Shown in pieces: positions 27,606 through 36,727 of a stretch of 64,000 nt of DNA. The notes beneath the pieces are model-generated. The model did not search any database. It saw nothing but the letters and a program-made list of their open reading frames with translations, and was not told where the DNA came from. This stretch comes from Alphaproteobacteria bacterium (GTDB lineage Bacteria; Pseudomonadota; Alphaproteobacteria; Acetobacterales; Acetobacteraceae). The translations under genes and the position numbers were made by a program. The stretch's first letter is position 1, and every line of letters starts with the position of its first letter. The stretch is taken from NCBI GenBank assembly GCA_026400845.1, contig JAPLOH010000053.1:40411-104410 (forward strand), in the 5' to 3' direction.

Positions 27606-28547
27606 TCAGCCCGCGCTAATGCGATCGATCTCGGCGAGGTCCTCTTCCGTCATTTTCCAACCGCCGGCCTTGACGTTCTGCTCAAGTTGCTCAGGCTTGG
27701 TCGCCCCCGCGATCACGCTCGCGACTGGCGCCCGGGCCAGGAGCCAGGAGAAGGCGAGTTCGAGCGCGGTGTGGCCACGGCTCTCGGCGTAGTCGATCAG
27801 CTTCTCGGCGATCGCCCAGTTGCGGTCAGTGAGGTAGCGGTCGGCGAGGCGCGCGGTGGTGGTGAGACGCGAATTATCCGGCATCGGCGCGTTGCGGCGA
27901 TACTTGCCGGTGAGCAGTCCGGACGCGAGCGGGAAATAGGGCAGCAGGCCGAGCCCATAGGCGCGGGCCGCCGGCATCAGCTCGCGCTCGGCGTCGCGCT
28001 TCACGAGTGAATACTCGTCCTGGCAGGAGACGAAGGCGTTGAGCCCCATCGATTTTGCAGTCCAGGCCGCCTCTACCACCTGCCAGGACGGCAGGTTGGA
28101 GCAGCCGACATAGCGCACCTTGCCGGAGCGCACGAGGTCATCGAGCGCCCGCAAGGTCTCCGCGATCGGGGTCAGCGGGTCGATGTTGTGGAGCTGGTAG
28201 AGGTCGATGTAGTCGGTTTTCAGCCGGCGCAGGCTGTCCTCCACGGCGGCCATAATGTAGCGGCGCGAGGCGCCCTGCTTGCGCCCGTCATCGGACATCG
28301 GCATGCAGAACTTAGTGGCGAGTACGATCTCCTTCCGCCGGTCGCCCATCACCTGGCCCATGCAGGTCTCGGAGCCGCCACGCTCGCCATAGACGTCGGC
28401 GGTGTCGAACAAGGTGATCCCGAGGTCGAACGCCTTGTGGATGACGGCGCGGGTCTGTTCGAGGTCGATGCGGGCGCCGAAATTGTTGCAGCCGAGGCCG
28501 ATGGCTGAAACGCGCAGGCCGGATTTCCCGAGGTTGCGGATTTCCAT
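27606..28547 (-). CDS. aldo/keto reductase
   Basis: 313 aa. MEIRNLGKSGLRVSAIGLGCNNFG ... FDTADVYG is the AKR signature. Confidence 0.9.
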   Translation of the reverse strand: MEIRNLGKSGLRVSAIGLGCNNFGARIDLEQTRAVIHKAFDLGITLFDTADVYGERGGSETCMGQVMGDRRKEIVLATKFCMPMSDDGRKQGASRRYIMAAVEDSLRRLKTDYIDLYQLHNIDPLTPIAETLRALDDLVRSGKVRYVGCSNLPSWQVVEAAWTAKSMGLNAFVSCQDEYSLVKRDAERELMPAARAYGLGLLPYFPLASGLLTGKYRRNAPMPDNSRLTTTARLADRYLTDRNWAIAEKLIDYAESRGHTALELAFSWLLARAPVASVIAGATKPEQLEQNVKAGGWKMTEEDLAEIDRISAG

Positions 28548-28602
28548 GACGTGACTCCTTGGGGATGGCGATGGCAGAGTGTCGCCGCAATCCGCCTGGC
28601 GG

Positions 28603-29145
28603 TCAAAGCGCGCGGTGGCGGCCCCGCATCGCTGCCATTACGCCACGCCCGGCGGCGTGATGGCGCAGCGCCATTCCGGCATGACCGAACGCGAGCACGA
28701 CGAGCGTGATCGCCAGCGCCCGATGCAGCGCCACCAGCACGGCGAATAGCGCCGGGTCGCGCTCCGCCAGCACCGGCAGCGGCAGCAGGCCGAGGAACAG
28801 CGTCGGGATGCGCAACGGCGCGGTATCGGCGGTGAGGACACCGAGCAGCGGCACGGTGAGCAGCAATATATAAAGTACAGCGTGCCCCGTCGCCGCCCAG
28901 GCGGAAGCATTGGGCGGCAGTTCCGTCGCCGGCCGGCCCAACCGGGTGCGCAGCACCAGCCGCGCCACTACCGCGAGCAGCACCAGCAGGCCGATCGATT
29001 TATGGGCCTGATAGAGCCAGAATTTCAGCGCCATCTGGCGGAATGGCACGGACGTCATGACCCAGGCGAGCCCAAACCCCGCGGCCACCAGCCCGGCCGT
29101 CGCCCAATGCAGCCAGCGCTGCGCCGGCGCCCATTCAGCCGCCAT
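28603..29145 (-). CDS. cytochrome b561 family protein
   Basis: Track ORF 28603..29289. The likely start is MAAEWAPAQRWLHWATAG (ATG 29145), overlapping the yceI end. TM pattern with conserved His residues. Confidence 0.75.
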   Translation of the reverse strand: MAAEWAPAQRWLHWATAGLVAAGFGLAWVMTSVPFRQMALKFWLYQAHKSIGLLVLLAVVARLVLRTRLGRPATELPPNASAWAATGHAVLYILLLTVPLLGVLTADTAPLRIPTLFLGLLPLPVLAERDPALFAVLVALHRALAITLVVLAFGHAGMALRHHAAGRGVMAAMRGRHRAL

Positions 29146-29719
29146 TCGCGGGCGCTCCAATGCGGATGCGCATGCTGATCCGCAGGCGCACCACGTCCTC
29201 GATGAAACCGCGATCTGCCACCATGCCGAAATCCCCGCGCGACACCTCGCCGCTGGCGACGACATCGGCCACCTCGCTCCCCGGTCCATCGGCGTGGCGG
29301 TCGACGATGGCGATCTCCATCGCTTGTTCGCGGGTGATGCCGCGGATGCGCAACTGGCCGCGCAGGTGGAAATGGGTGTCGTCCCGCCGTTCCACCGATG
29401 TCGCGCGGAAGCTGATGGCGGGGTGTTGCGTGGCGTCGAAATAGGCAGGCGTCTTCAGCATGGTCGCCGCCTCGGGCACGGCGATGGCGACCGAGGCGGC
29501 ATCGATGGTCACCTCGACTCGGGTGTCCTCCAGCCGGGCAGGGTCCACCACTAGCCGCCCGCGGAACAGTTCGAAGCCGCCTTCGGAGGTGAACAGGCCG
29601 AAATGGCCAACCTTGAAGCCGATCGCGCCGTGCCGCTGGTCGAATTCATAGAAGCCGGGCGCGGCGTGGGCGGCACTGGTGGCCAGCAGGACGACGGCCA
29701 GGAGTGTCAAACGCGCCAT
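29135..29719 (-). CDS. yceI: YceI family periplasmic polyisoprenoid-binding protein
   Basis: 194 aa. Signal peptide MARLTLLAVVLLATSAAHA. FKVGHFGLFTSEGGF...FDATQHPAISF is YceI-like. Confidence 0.85.
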   Translation of the reverse strand: MARLTLLAVVLLATSAAHAAPGFYEFDQRHGAIGFKVGHFGLFTSEGGFELFRGRLVVDPARLEDTRVEVTIDAASVAIAVPEAATMLKTPAYFDATQHPAISFRATSVERRDDTHFHLRGQLRIRGITREQAMEIAIVDRHADGPGSEVADVVASGEVSRGDFGMVADRGFIEDVVRLRISMRIRIGAPANGG

Positions 29720-29785
29720 GCCGCCCTCGCCGATGCAAGCCCATCAGATGGGGAGGCAATGCCCGGAGCACCAGGGCGGCGCGGA

Positions 29786-30529
29786 TTACAACCGCGCTGG
29801 CGGCCCGAGGCTGGCGATCTCGTTGAGCAGCTTGCGCTTCATGGCCTCGCCGAAGCTGCGGAAATCGTGGATTTCGAGCACGAATGTGCCGATCCCGCCG
29901 GTGGCATGTTCGCGGTAGTAGTTGGTGAGCCCGCCGGGCGGTTGGGTATGGGCGAGGTTCCAGGCGATCGGGTTGTCGTTGATGATCGCGAGGCCGTTGA
30001 TGGTCACCCCGGCTTCCACCGCCTCGTCGCGCGCCGCGGCGACGTCGCGGCCGTGGTTGTTGGTGCCGTCGCCGCAGACGTCGATGATCCGGCGCTGCGC
30101 GTCATAGCCGGCGCGGGCGAGTTCCTTCATCGCATGGTCGATGCCGCTGCTGATCGAGGTGCGGCCCCAGAAGCTGCGCGGCGCGGCGCGCAGCTTGGTC
30201 GCGAACGCCTGGGCGGAGGCTTCGTCGCGGATCACCGTCCAGTCCACCACCGTGCGCACCTCGCCGGCCCCAGCGAACTCGACATAGGCGACCGCGATAC
30301 TGCCGATCACGCCGCCTTTGATCGCCGTCACCACGTCCCGATCGGTGAAGGCGCTGACATAGCCTTGTTTCATCAGGTCGAATTCGCCGTCATGCACGCT
30401 GCGCGACACGTCGGTGACCAGGACCAGCGCGACATCGACGGATTCGCCGGCAGCAAGCGCGGTTCCAGGGGTGGCGATCCCCAGAACGGCCGACGCCCAC
30501 AGGACGAAGACGGCAAACACCCAGCGCAT
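29786..30529 (-). CDS. DUF1194 (vWA-like) domain protein
   Basis: Track ORF 29786..30595. The likely start is MRWVFAVFVLWASAVLG (signal peptide). DVALVLVTDVSRSV...INGLAI...YYREHATGG resembles DUF1194. Confidence 0.7.
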   Translation of the reverse strand: MRWVFAVFVLWASAVLGIATPGTALAAGESVDVALVLVTDVSRSVHDGEFDLMKQGYVSAFTDRDVVTAIKGGVIGSIAVAYVEFAGAGEVRTVVDWTVIRDEASAQAFATKLRAAPRSFWGRTSISSGIDHAMKELARAGYDAQRRIIDVCGDGTNNHGRDVAAARDEAVEAGVTINGLAIINDNPIAWNLAHTQPPGGLTNYYREHATGGIGTFVLEIHDFRSFGEAMKRKLLNEIASLGPPARL

Positions 30530-30639
30530 GGGGCGATGCTCGTTCACTTCGGCGGCCGAACGCAAGCACAAACTGGCAGTGGCTTGACCATCCACGGCAA
30601 CCCACTGAGGATCAACCCCGGGATAGCGGAGACCGCCTG

Positions 30640-31443
30640 ATGGACTACACGCAGATCGCCGTCGAGAACGTCGGCGCGGTGCGCCGGCTGATGCACAACC
30701 GGCCGGAAATGCGCAACGCCGAGAGTTCGGTGCTGCTCGACGAGCTCGACCATGCGCTCGGCGCGGCTGTCGCCGACCCCACAGTGCGGGTGATCGTGAT
30801 CGGCGGCGTCGGCGATCACTTTTCGGCCGGGCATGACCTCAAGGAGGGCCAGGCGCGGCGGCAGGAATTCACCGTCGAGGACCGCTATGCCTACGAGGAG
30901 CGGCGCTACCTCGATTATTCGCTGCGCATCTGGGATTGCCCGAAGCCGACCATCGCTATGGTCCAGGGCGCCTGCATTGCCGGCGGCTTCATGGTCGCCA
31001 ATATGTGCGACCTGATCGTCGCTTCCGAGGACGCCTTCTTTGCTGATCCGGTGGTGCGCACCATGGCGGCCTCCGCGGTCGAGGTGCTGGTGCACCCCTG
31101 GGTGATGGGGCTGCGGGCGGCCAAGGAGTTCCTGTTCACCGGCAAGCGCATGTCCGCCGCCGAGGCCTACCGCATCGGCATGATCAACCGCCTCGTGCCG
31201 CGCGCGGAGTTGGAGGCGGCGACCATGGTGCTGGCCAATGAGATCGCCCAGGCGCCGCCCTTCGCCATCAAGTTGACCAAGCGCTCGCTGAACCGCGCGG
31301 CTGATATGCAGGGGTTCCGCAGCTCGGTGATGGCGCATTTCGACACCCACCAGCTCGCCCATGTCAGCGAGGAGTTCAAGGCCGGTCGTGCCGCCGGAAT
31401 GGCCGCCGCGATCGCCCGCAATAAGTCGGGAGCCGCCGAATGA
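30640..31443 (+). CDS. enoyl-CoA hydratase/isomerase (crotonase) family protein
   Basis: 267 aa. RPEMRNAES...VIGGVGDHFSAGHDLKE is the crotonase fold signature. Confidence 0.85.
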   Translation: MDYTQIAVENVGAVRRLMHNRPEMRNAESSVLLDELDHALGAAVADPTVRVIVIGGVGDHFSAGHDLKEGQARRQEFTVEDRYAYEERRYLDYSLRIWDCPKPTIAMVQGACIAGGFMVANMCDLIVASEDAFFADPVVRTMAASAVEVLVHPWVMGLRAAKEFLFTGKRMSAAEAYRIGMINRLVPRAELEAATMVLANEIAQAPPFAIKLTKRSLNRAADMQGFRSSVMAHFDTHQLAHVSEEFKAGRAAGMAAAIARNKSGAAE

Positions 31444-32393
31444 TCCCCGTTCTGCTGGACTGCGATCCCGGCCATGACGATGCGGTGGCGATGGTCTACG
31501 CCGCGCATCACATGAACCTGGTCGCCGTCACCACCGTGTTCGGCAACCAGTCGATCGACCTGGTGACCCGCAACGCCCTCGGCCTGCGGCAACTCATGCA
31601 GCGCGACTTCCCGATCGCCGAGGGGGCCGGCGGGCCGCTGGTGGGCGCACGTGTCGAGGGCGGCGCGGTGCATGGCAAGACCGGGCTCGACGGCGCGGAA
31701 CTCCCCAACCCCGATCGCGGGACGGAGGACATCCACGCCGTCGAGCTCATTCTGCGCACCGCGCGCGCGCATCGCGGCGAGCTGGTGCTGGCAGCGACCG
31801 GGGCGCTCACCAACGTCGCGCTGGCCCTGGCGATGGAGCCGAAACTCAAGGACTGGCTGCGCGGCATCACCATCATGGGCGGCACCACCGGGATCGGCAA
31901 CGTCACCCAGGTTGCCGAGTTCAACATCTATGCCGACCCCGAGGCGGCCGACGCGGTGCTGATGGCCGGCGTCGAGACCTGGCTGGTCGGGCTCGACGTG
32001 ACGCGCCGGGTGGGGGTTGGCGCCGCCGACATCGCCCGGTTGCGCCAGGGTGGCCGGCTCGCCCGCACCATGGGCGATCTGCTTGATTTCTTCCTGCAAT
32101 CGCTGAAGCGGGTGCACGGCCTCGACACCGCAACCCTGCACGACCCCTGCGCCCTGGTGCCGTTCATTGACCCCACCATGATGGAATATCGCCATACCGG
32201 CGTGCGGGTGGAACTCGCGGGCGGGCTCACCCGCGGCATGACGGTCGCCGAGTTGCGCCGCCTTGGCAATGTGCCACTCGGCCATCTGCGCCCCTCGCCG
32301 CCGGCCAACGTCCATCTCGCGCGCGAACCTTCGCCGCGACTGCTGCCGCACATCGTGCAGGCAGTGCTCGACTTCGACGCGACCTTGACCTGA
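31440..32393 (+). CDS. nucleoside hydrolase
   Basis: 317 aa. N-terminal DCDPGHDDAVAM aspartate cluster (the DXDXXXDD-type IUNH motif). Confidence 0.85.
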   Translation: MIPVLLDCDPGHDDAVAMVYAAHHMNLVAVTTVFGNQSIDLVTRNALGLRQLMQRDFPIAEGAGGPLVGARVEGGAVHGKTGLDGAELPNPDRGTEDIHAVELILRTARAHRGELVLAATGALTNVALALAMEPKLKDWLRGITIMGGTTGIGNVTQVAEFNIYADPEAADAVLMAGVETWLVGLDVTRRVGVGAADIARLRQGGRLARTMGDLLDFFLQSLKRVHGLDTATLHDPCALVPFIDPTMMEYRHTGVRVELAGGLTRGMTVAELRRLGNVPLGHLRPSPPANVHLAREPSPRLLPHIVQAVLDFDATLT

Positions 32394-32405
32394 CGGAGAC
32401 GCACC

Positions 32406-33359
32406 ATGGCCCGCAAACTCATTCTCGACGTCGATACCGGCACCGATGACGCCGTCGCCATCATGCTGGCGGCGCTGCACCCCGATCTCGAGCTGATCGG
32501 CGTCACCACCGTCAACGGCAATGTCGAGGTGCGGTACTGCACCGACAACACGCTGCGCACGCTCGATTTCATCGGCCGCGGCGACATACCGGTGTTCGAG
32601 GGGCTGAACCGTCCGCTGACCCGGGCGGACTTCCCCATCCCGCGCGCCCTGAAGAAAAGTACCGGCGTGCACGTGGCCGAACTGCCGCTGCCGGCACCCA
32701 CCAGCGTGAAGCACAACAAGGGGGCGGTCGAGTATCTCATCGAGACCTACCGCGCCGCCACCGAGGAGATCGTGCTGGTCCCGACCGGGCCGCTCTCCAA
32801 CATCGCCGCTGCCATCGCGCTTTATCCGAAACTGGTCGAACTTGTGCCCGAGGTCGTGCTGATGGGCGGCGCGCATCACCACGGCAACGTGACGCCATCG
32901 GCCGAGTTCAACATCTGGGCCGACCCGGACGCCTCGGCCTCCGTCTTCGCTGCCGGCTTCCGCAAGCTCGTGTGCGTTCCGCTCGACGCCACCCACGAGG
33001 CGCTGGTTTCGCTCGCCGACACCGCGGCGATGGAGGCGCTCGGCACGCCCTCGGGCATCGCCGCTTCGCGCTTCATCTCGCACCGCATCCGCGCCTATGA
33101 CGCCAATCAGCCGATGGCCGAGCGCGGCGCCGCCCCGGTGCATGACGCGCTCTGCATCGCCTATCTGGTCGACCCCAGCGTGATCACCACCGATTTCCGC
33201 CACGTCGCGGTGGAGACGATGGGGCCGCTGACCATGGGGCGGACGGTGGTGGACACCAATTTCCGGGGCGAAAATCCACCCAATTGCCACTTTGCGTTCC
33301 ACGCCGATCGCGCCAAATTCGTCGCCATGATGCTAGAAACCTTCGCCCGCACCGCCTGA
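32406..33359 (+). CDS. nucleoside hydrolase (second paralogue)
   Basis: 317 aa. N-terminal LDVDTGTDDAVAIM motif. Confidence 0.85.
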   Translation: MARKLILDVDTGTDDAVAIMLAALHPDLELIGVTTVNGNVEVRYCTDNTLRTLDFIGRGDIPVFEGLNRPLTRADFPIPRALKKSTGVHVAELPLPAPTSVKHNKGAVEYLIETYRAATEEIVLVPTGPLSNIAAAIALYPKLVELVPEVVLMGGAHHHGNVTPSAEFNIWADPDASASVFAAGFRKLVCVPLDATHEALVSLADTAAMEALGTPSGIAASRFISHRIRAYDANQPMAERGAAPVHDALCIAYLVDPSVITTDFRHVAVETMGPLTMGRTVVDTNFRGENPPNCHFAFHADRAKFVAMMLETFARTA

Positions 33360-33378
33360 ACCCAGGAAAGGACGCAAG

Positions 33379-34686
33379 ATGCTCCGCCTCTCGACCGCCC
33401 TCCTCGCCGCCACCCTGTTTGCCGCCCCCGCATTCGCGGGCGAACGCAGCGCCCCCACCGCGGACTGTCCGCAGGGCGTGCTGACGCTCTCGGTGCTCAA
33501 GCCGCAAAACAATCCGCCCACGCCGGTGATGATCTCGGCCTGGGAGACCGCCAATAAATGCATGAAGATCGAGCTGAACGAGGTGCCCTTTGGCCAGCTC
33601 GCCGACAAGATCAACGTGCTCGCCGCCTCCGGCAACCCACCTGATGTCGTGATGTATGACGGGCCGAACACCCAGACCTACGCCGCTGCCGGCGTGCTGC
33701 TGCCGCTCGACAAATATTTCCCCGCCGGCCTCAAGGCCGACATGGTCCAGGCCACACTCGACGAGCATACCTACGAGGGCAAGATCTACTCGCCCGGCAC
33801 CCAGCAGGCCTCGCTCGCGCTGTTCTACAACGCCGACATGCTCGCCCCCCTCGGCATCACCCCGCCGCGCGAACTCGCCAAGGCCTGGACCTGGGCCGAG
33901 GCGCTCGATGCGATGAAGAAGTGCCAGAAGGGCGAGGGCGACAACGTCACCGTCTGGGGCCTCGCGCCCAGCCGCTTCGGCAACGCGACGCCGGGCTTCG
34001 TCTACCGCGACCTGCTGTTCCTGCGCACCTTCGGTGACCCCAAGGCGGCGCCCGACAGCAGCGCCTACAAGACCTATTGGGCCCTCTCGCGCGACGCCAA
34101 GACGGCGCAGGGCTGGATCAACTCCCCCGAGGCGGTCGAGGGCGCGAAGTTCTATTCGGATCTCTTCAACGTCCACAAGGTGACGCCCAAGGCCGGCATC
34201 CCCAACGCCTTCCAGGACAAGAAGGCCTGCTTCACCATCGACGTCTCCTATTTCGTCGCCGGCCTGGCGAACAACGACCCCGGGTTCAAATGGGGCGTCA
34301 CCCCGCTGCCCTATGCCAAGGCGCCGATCGTGCACACCGGCAGCATCACGCTCGGCGTGATGGCGAAGGGCAAGAACCCCGACGAAGCGGCGAAGTTCGT
34401 GCTCGACATGTCCACCGGCAAGATCGCGGAGGACTACAACCGCGCCGCCCGTGCCCTGCCGGTGATGAAGTCGATCGCCGCCAAGATGACCGAGTTGCAG
34501 TCCTATCCGCTCAACATCTTCCTCGAAGAGGTGCAGCAATGGGGCCACCCGCGGCCGCCCTCGCCGCATTTCGCCCAGTACGACAAAATCGTCACCGACG
34601 CGCTGCGGGACATCGCCTACGGTGCCGATCCGAAGACCCGGCTCGATTCCGCGGCCCGCTCCCTGCAACCCATCCTGGCGCGCTGA
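33379..34686 (+). CDS. ABC transporter substrate-binding protein (sugar / CUT1-like, family 1)
   Basis: 435 aa. Signal peptide MLRLSTALLAATLFAAPAFA. Extracellular solute-binding protein pattern. Confidence 0.85.
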   Translation: MLRLSTALLAATLFAAPAFAGERSAPTADCPQGVLTLSVLKPQNNPPTPVMISAWETANKCMKIELNEVPFGQLADKINVLAASGNPPDVVMYDGPNTQTYAAAGVLLPLDKYFPAGLKADMVQATLDEHTYEGKIYSPGTQQASLALFYNADMLAPLGITPPRELAKAWTWAEALDAMKKCQKGEGDNVTVWGLAPSRFGNATPGFVYRDLLFLRTFGDPKAAPDSSAYKTYWALSRDAKTAQGWINSPEAVEGAKFYSDLFNVHKVTPKAGIPNAFQDKKACFTIDVSYFVAGLANNDPGFKWGVTPLPYAKAPIVHTGSITLGVMAKGKNPDEAAKFVLDMSTGKIAEDYNRAARALPVMKSIAAKMTELQSYPLNIFLEEVQQWGHPRPPSPHFAQYDKIVTDALRDIAYGADPKTRLDSAARSLQPILAR

Positions 34687-34730
34687 TGCATGCCAGCCGT
34701 CGGTGTCATTGATCGATCGGGTGGCACGGG

Positions 34731-34858
34731 GAGCAAGCGCTTCTTTTTGAAAAAAGAAGCAAAAACTTTCTATCCGTTTGCTCCGCACGCCCCACGGAGA
34801 GAGCGGAGCAAACGGAGGAAAGTTTTTTGGTTCTTTTTTACAAAAAAGAACCGCTTCC
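34731..34858. repeat. full copy D of the nested-palindrome repeat element
   Basis: gagcaagcgcttctttttgaaaaaagaagcaaaaactttc, then the palindromic centre ccgtttgctccgc...gcggagcaaacgg, then aaagttttttggttcttttttacaaaaaagaaccgcttcc. Confidence 0.9.
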
Positions 34859-34886
34859 TTTCTCTGCCCATGGCTCCTTACTTTTG

Positions 34887-35777
34887 ATGATTGCTGCAAA
34901 GCGTCGCGCGATTCTGCATTGGGCGGCGGTCACGACGTTTGTCGGGCCGTTCCTCCTGATGCTGCTGATGTTCCAGTATGTGCCGGTGGTGCGTATGGTG
35001 TGGGACAGCCTGTGGGATTTCGCGCTGCTGAACCCGGACAAACGAACCTTCGTCGGTCTCGGCAATTATCTCGACGCCTTCGACGACCCGGACCGCCGCC
35101 AGGCCTTCGCCGTCACCTTCGGTTTCGCGTTCGGGGTGGTGTGCCTGGTGATCCCGATCTCGTTCTTCATCGCGATCTACCTCAATGGCCGCCTTCCCGC
35201 CCGCGCCGTTGTGCGCACGGTGGTCTTCCTCCCCGTGGTAACCTCCTCGGTGGTGATCGCGACCATGTGGGTGTTCCTGCTCGACCCCACGAATGGGCTG
35301 ATCAACGGCGCCATCGCGATGATGGGGTTCAAGAAGCTCGCCTTCCTCACCAGCAAAGCCCAGGCGCTGCCCTCTATCATCGGCATGATGGTGTGGCAGC
35401 AGACGGGCTTCGCCACCGTGCTGTTCCTCTCAGGCCTGCAAGGCATCCCCCGCGACCTGGAAGATGCCGCGCGGGTGGATGGCTGCGGCTGGTGGCAGCG
35501 GCTGCGCCACGTGGTGATGCCGCTGCTCGGGCGGACGACGGTGTTCGTCGTGGTCATCATGACGGTCTTTTCGCTGCAAGCTTTCGCGCCCGCGTTGATC
35601 ATGACCGGCGGCGGCCCGGAGGGCACCACCGACTTCATCGCGTTTGACATCTACCAGCTCGCTTTCGCCCTCCAGCAGCCCGGTCTCGCCTCGGCGATCA
35701 GCACGCTGTTCATGCTGGTGGTGATGGGGGTGAGCCTGTTGCAGATGCGGTTGATGCGCTCGGAGTGGAGCTATTGA
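34887..35777 (+). CDS. carbohydrate ABC transporter permease (MalF-like)
   Basis: Track ORF 34827..35777 starts inside repeat D. The likely start is ATG 34887 (MIAAKRRAIL). EAA-type loop (DAARVDGCGWWQRLRHVVMP). Confidence 0.85.
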   Translation: MIAAKRRAILHWAAVTTFVGPFLLMLLMFQYVPVVRMVWDSLWDFALLNPDKRTFVGLGNYLDAFDDPDRRQAFAVTFGFAFGVVCLVIPISFFIAIYLNGRLPARAVVRTVVFLPVVTSSVVIATMWVFLLDPTNGLINGAIAMMGFKKLAFLTSKAQALPSIIGMMVWQQTGFATVLFLSGLQGIPRDLEDAARVDGCGWWQRLRHVVMPLLGRTTVFVVVIMTVFSLQAFAPALIMTGGGPEGTTDFIAFDIYQLAFALQQPGLASAISTLFMLVVMGVSLLQMRLMRSEWSY

Positions 35778-36613
35778 AGCGCGCCAGTGTACTCGCCGGC
35801 GCGGCGTTGGTGTTGGTGGTGATCCTGGTGGTGTTTCTTGGCCCCTACGCCTGGATTGTCGCCTCCTCGTTCAAGCCGCAATTCGAGATATTCCGCGATC
35901 TCAACCCGATCTCCTGGGCGACCTTCATCCCCGCCAATCCGACGATCGCCAATTTTGTCCACCTTTTCGTCAACCGCGGCGTGGGGCGGGCGCTGATCAA
36001 CTCGGCGATCGTCTCCTCCTGCCAGGTCGGCGGCACGCTGCTGCTGTGCGCGATGGCGGCATACGGGCTCACCCGTATTCGCTTCCGCGGCGCCAATTTC
36101 GTCTTCGGTGTGGTGCTGATGACGTTCCTGCTGCCGATCGAGAGCCTGATGGTGCCGCTCTACATGCACGTCGCCAATCTCGGGTTGCAGGACACGTTGC
36201 CCGGCGTATTCATCCCGTGGATCGCCAGCCCCTTCGGCCTGTTCATGCTGCGTCAGGCCTTCGAGGATCTGCCGCGCGAGCTTGACGAGGCGGCGACGAT
36301 CGACGGCGCCGGGCATTTCCGTATTTTCTGGAGCGTCGTGCTCCCGAATGTCCGCACCACGCTGGCTACCCTCGCGCTGGTGACGTTCCTGTTCTCGTGG
36401 AACGCCTTCCTGTGGCCGCTGGTGGTCATCGCCTCGCCGCGCAACCAGGTGATCCAGCTCGCCATCGCCCAGTCGGTCTCGATCGGTCAGTTGCCCAATT
36501 GGGGCGAAACCTTCGCCGGCGCCACCATCGCGACGGTGCCGCTGATCGTGCTGTTCCTGTTCCTGCAACGCTACTTCGTGCGCGGCATCGCCCTCACCGG
36601 CGTCAAGGGCTGA
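35765..36613 (+). CDS. carbohydrate ABC transporter permease (MalG-like)
   Basis: 282 aa. EAA loop (DEAATIDGAGHFRIFWSVVLP). Confidence 0.85.
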   Translation: MELLKRASVLAGAALVLVVILVVFLGPYAWIVASSFKPQFEIFRDLNPISWATFIPANPTIANFVHLFVNRGVGRALINSAIVSSCQVGGTLLLCAMAAYGLTRIRFRGANFVFGVVLMTFLLPIESLMVPLYMHVANLGLQDTLPGVFIPWIASPFGLFMLRQAFEDLPRELDEAATIDGAGHFRIFWSVVLPNVRTTLATLALVTFLFSWNAFLWPLVVIASPRNQVIQLAIAQSVSIGQLPNWGETFAGATIATVPLIVLFLFLQRYFVRGIALTGVKG

Positions 36614-36727
36614 GATCAGCCGACGACCGTCACTGACGGTTCGCCTGATTGCCCGCTGCCGCGCGGGTTTCACTTGCGCGCATAAAGATATCCTTATATA
36701 GCCGCCGCCGAAACGCAGGAGCGCAGC

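Noticed and set aside
36614-36727. Possible SAH riboswitch upstream of ahcY
   Set aside because: I could not find the conserved SAH-riboswitch core or a pseudoknot-compatible pairing. There is only a loose cgcaggagcgcagc resemblance next to the start codon. The region looks like an ordinary AT-richer promoter and RBS. A covariance-model scan (Rfam SAH_riboswitch) would settle it.
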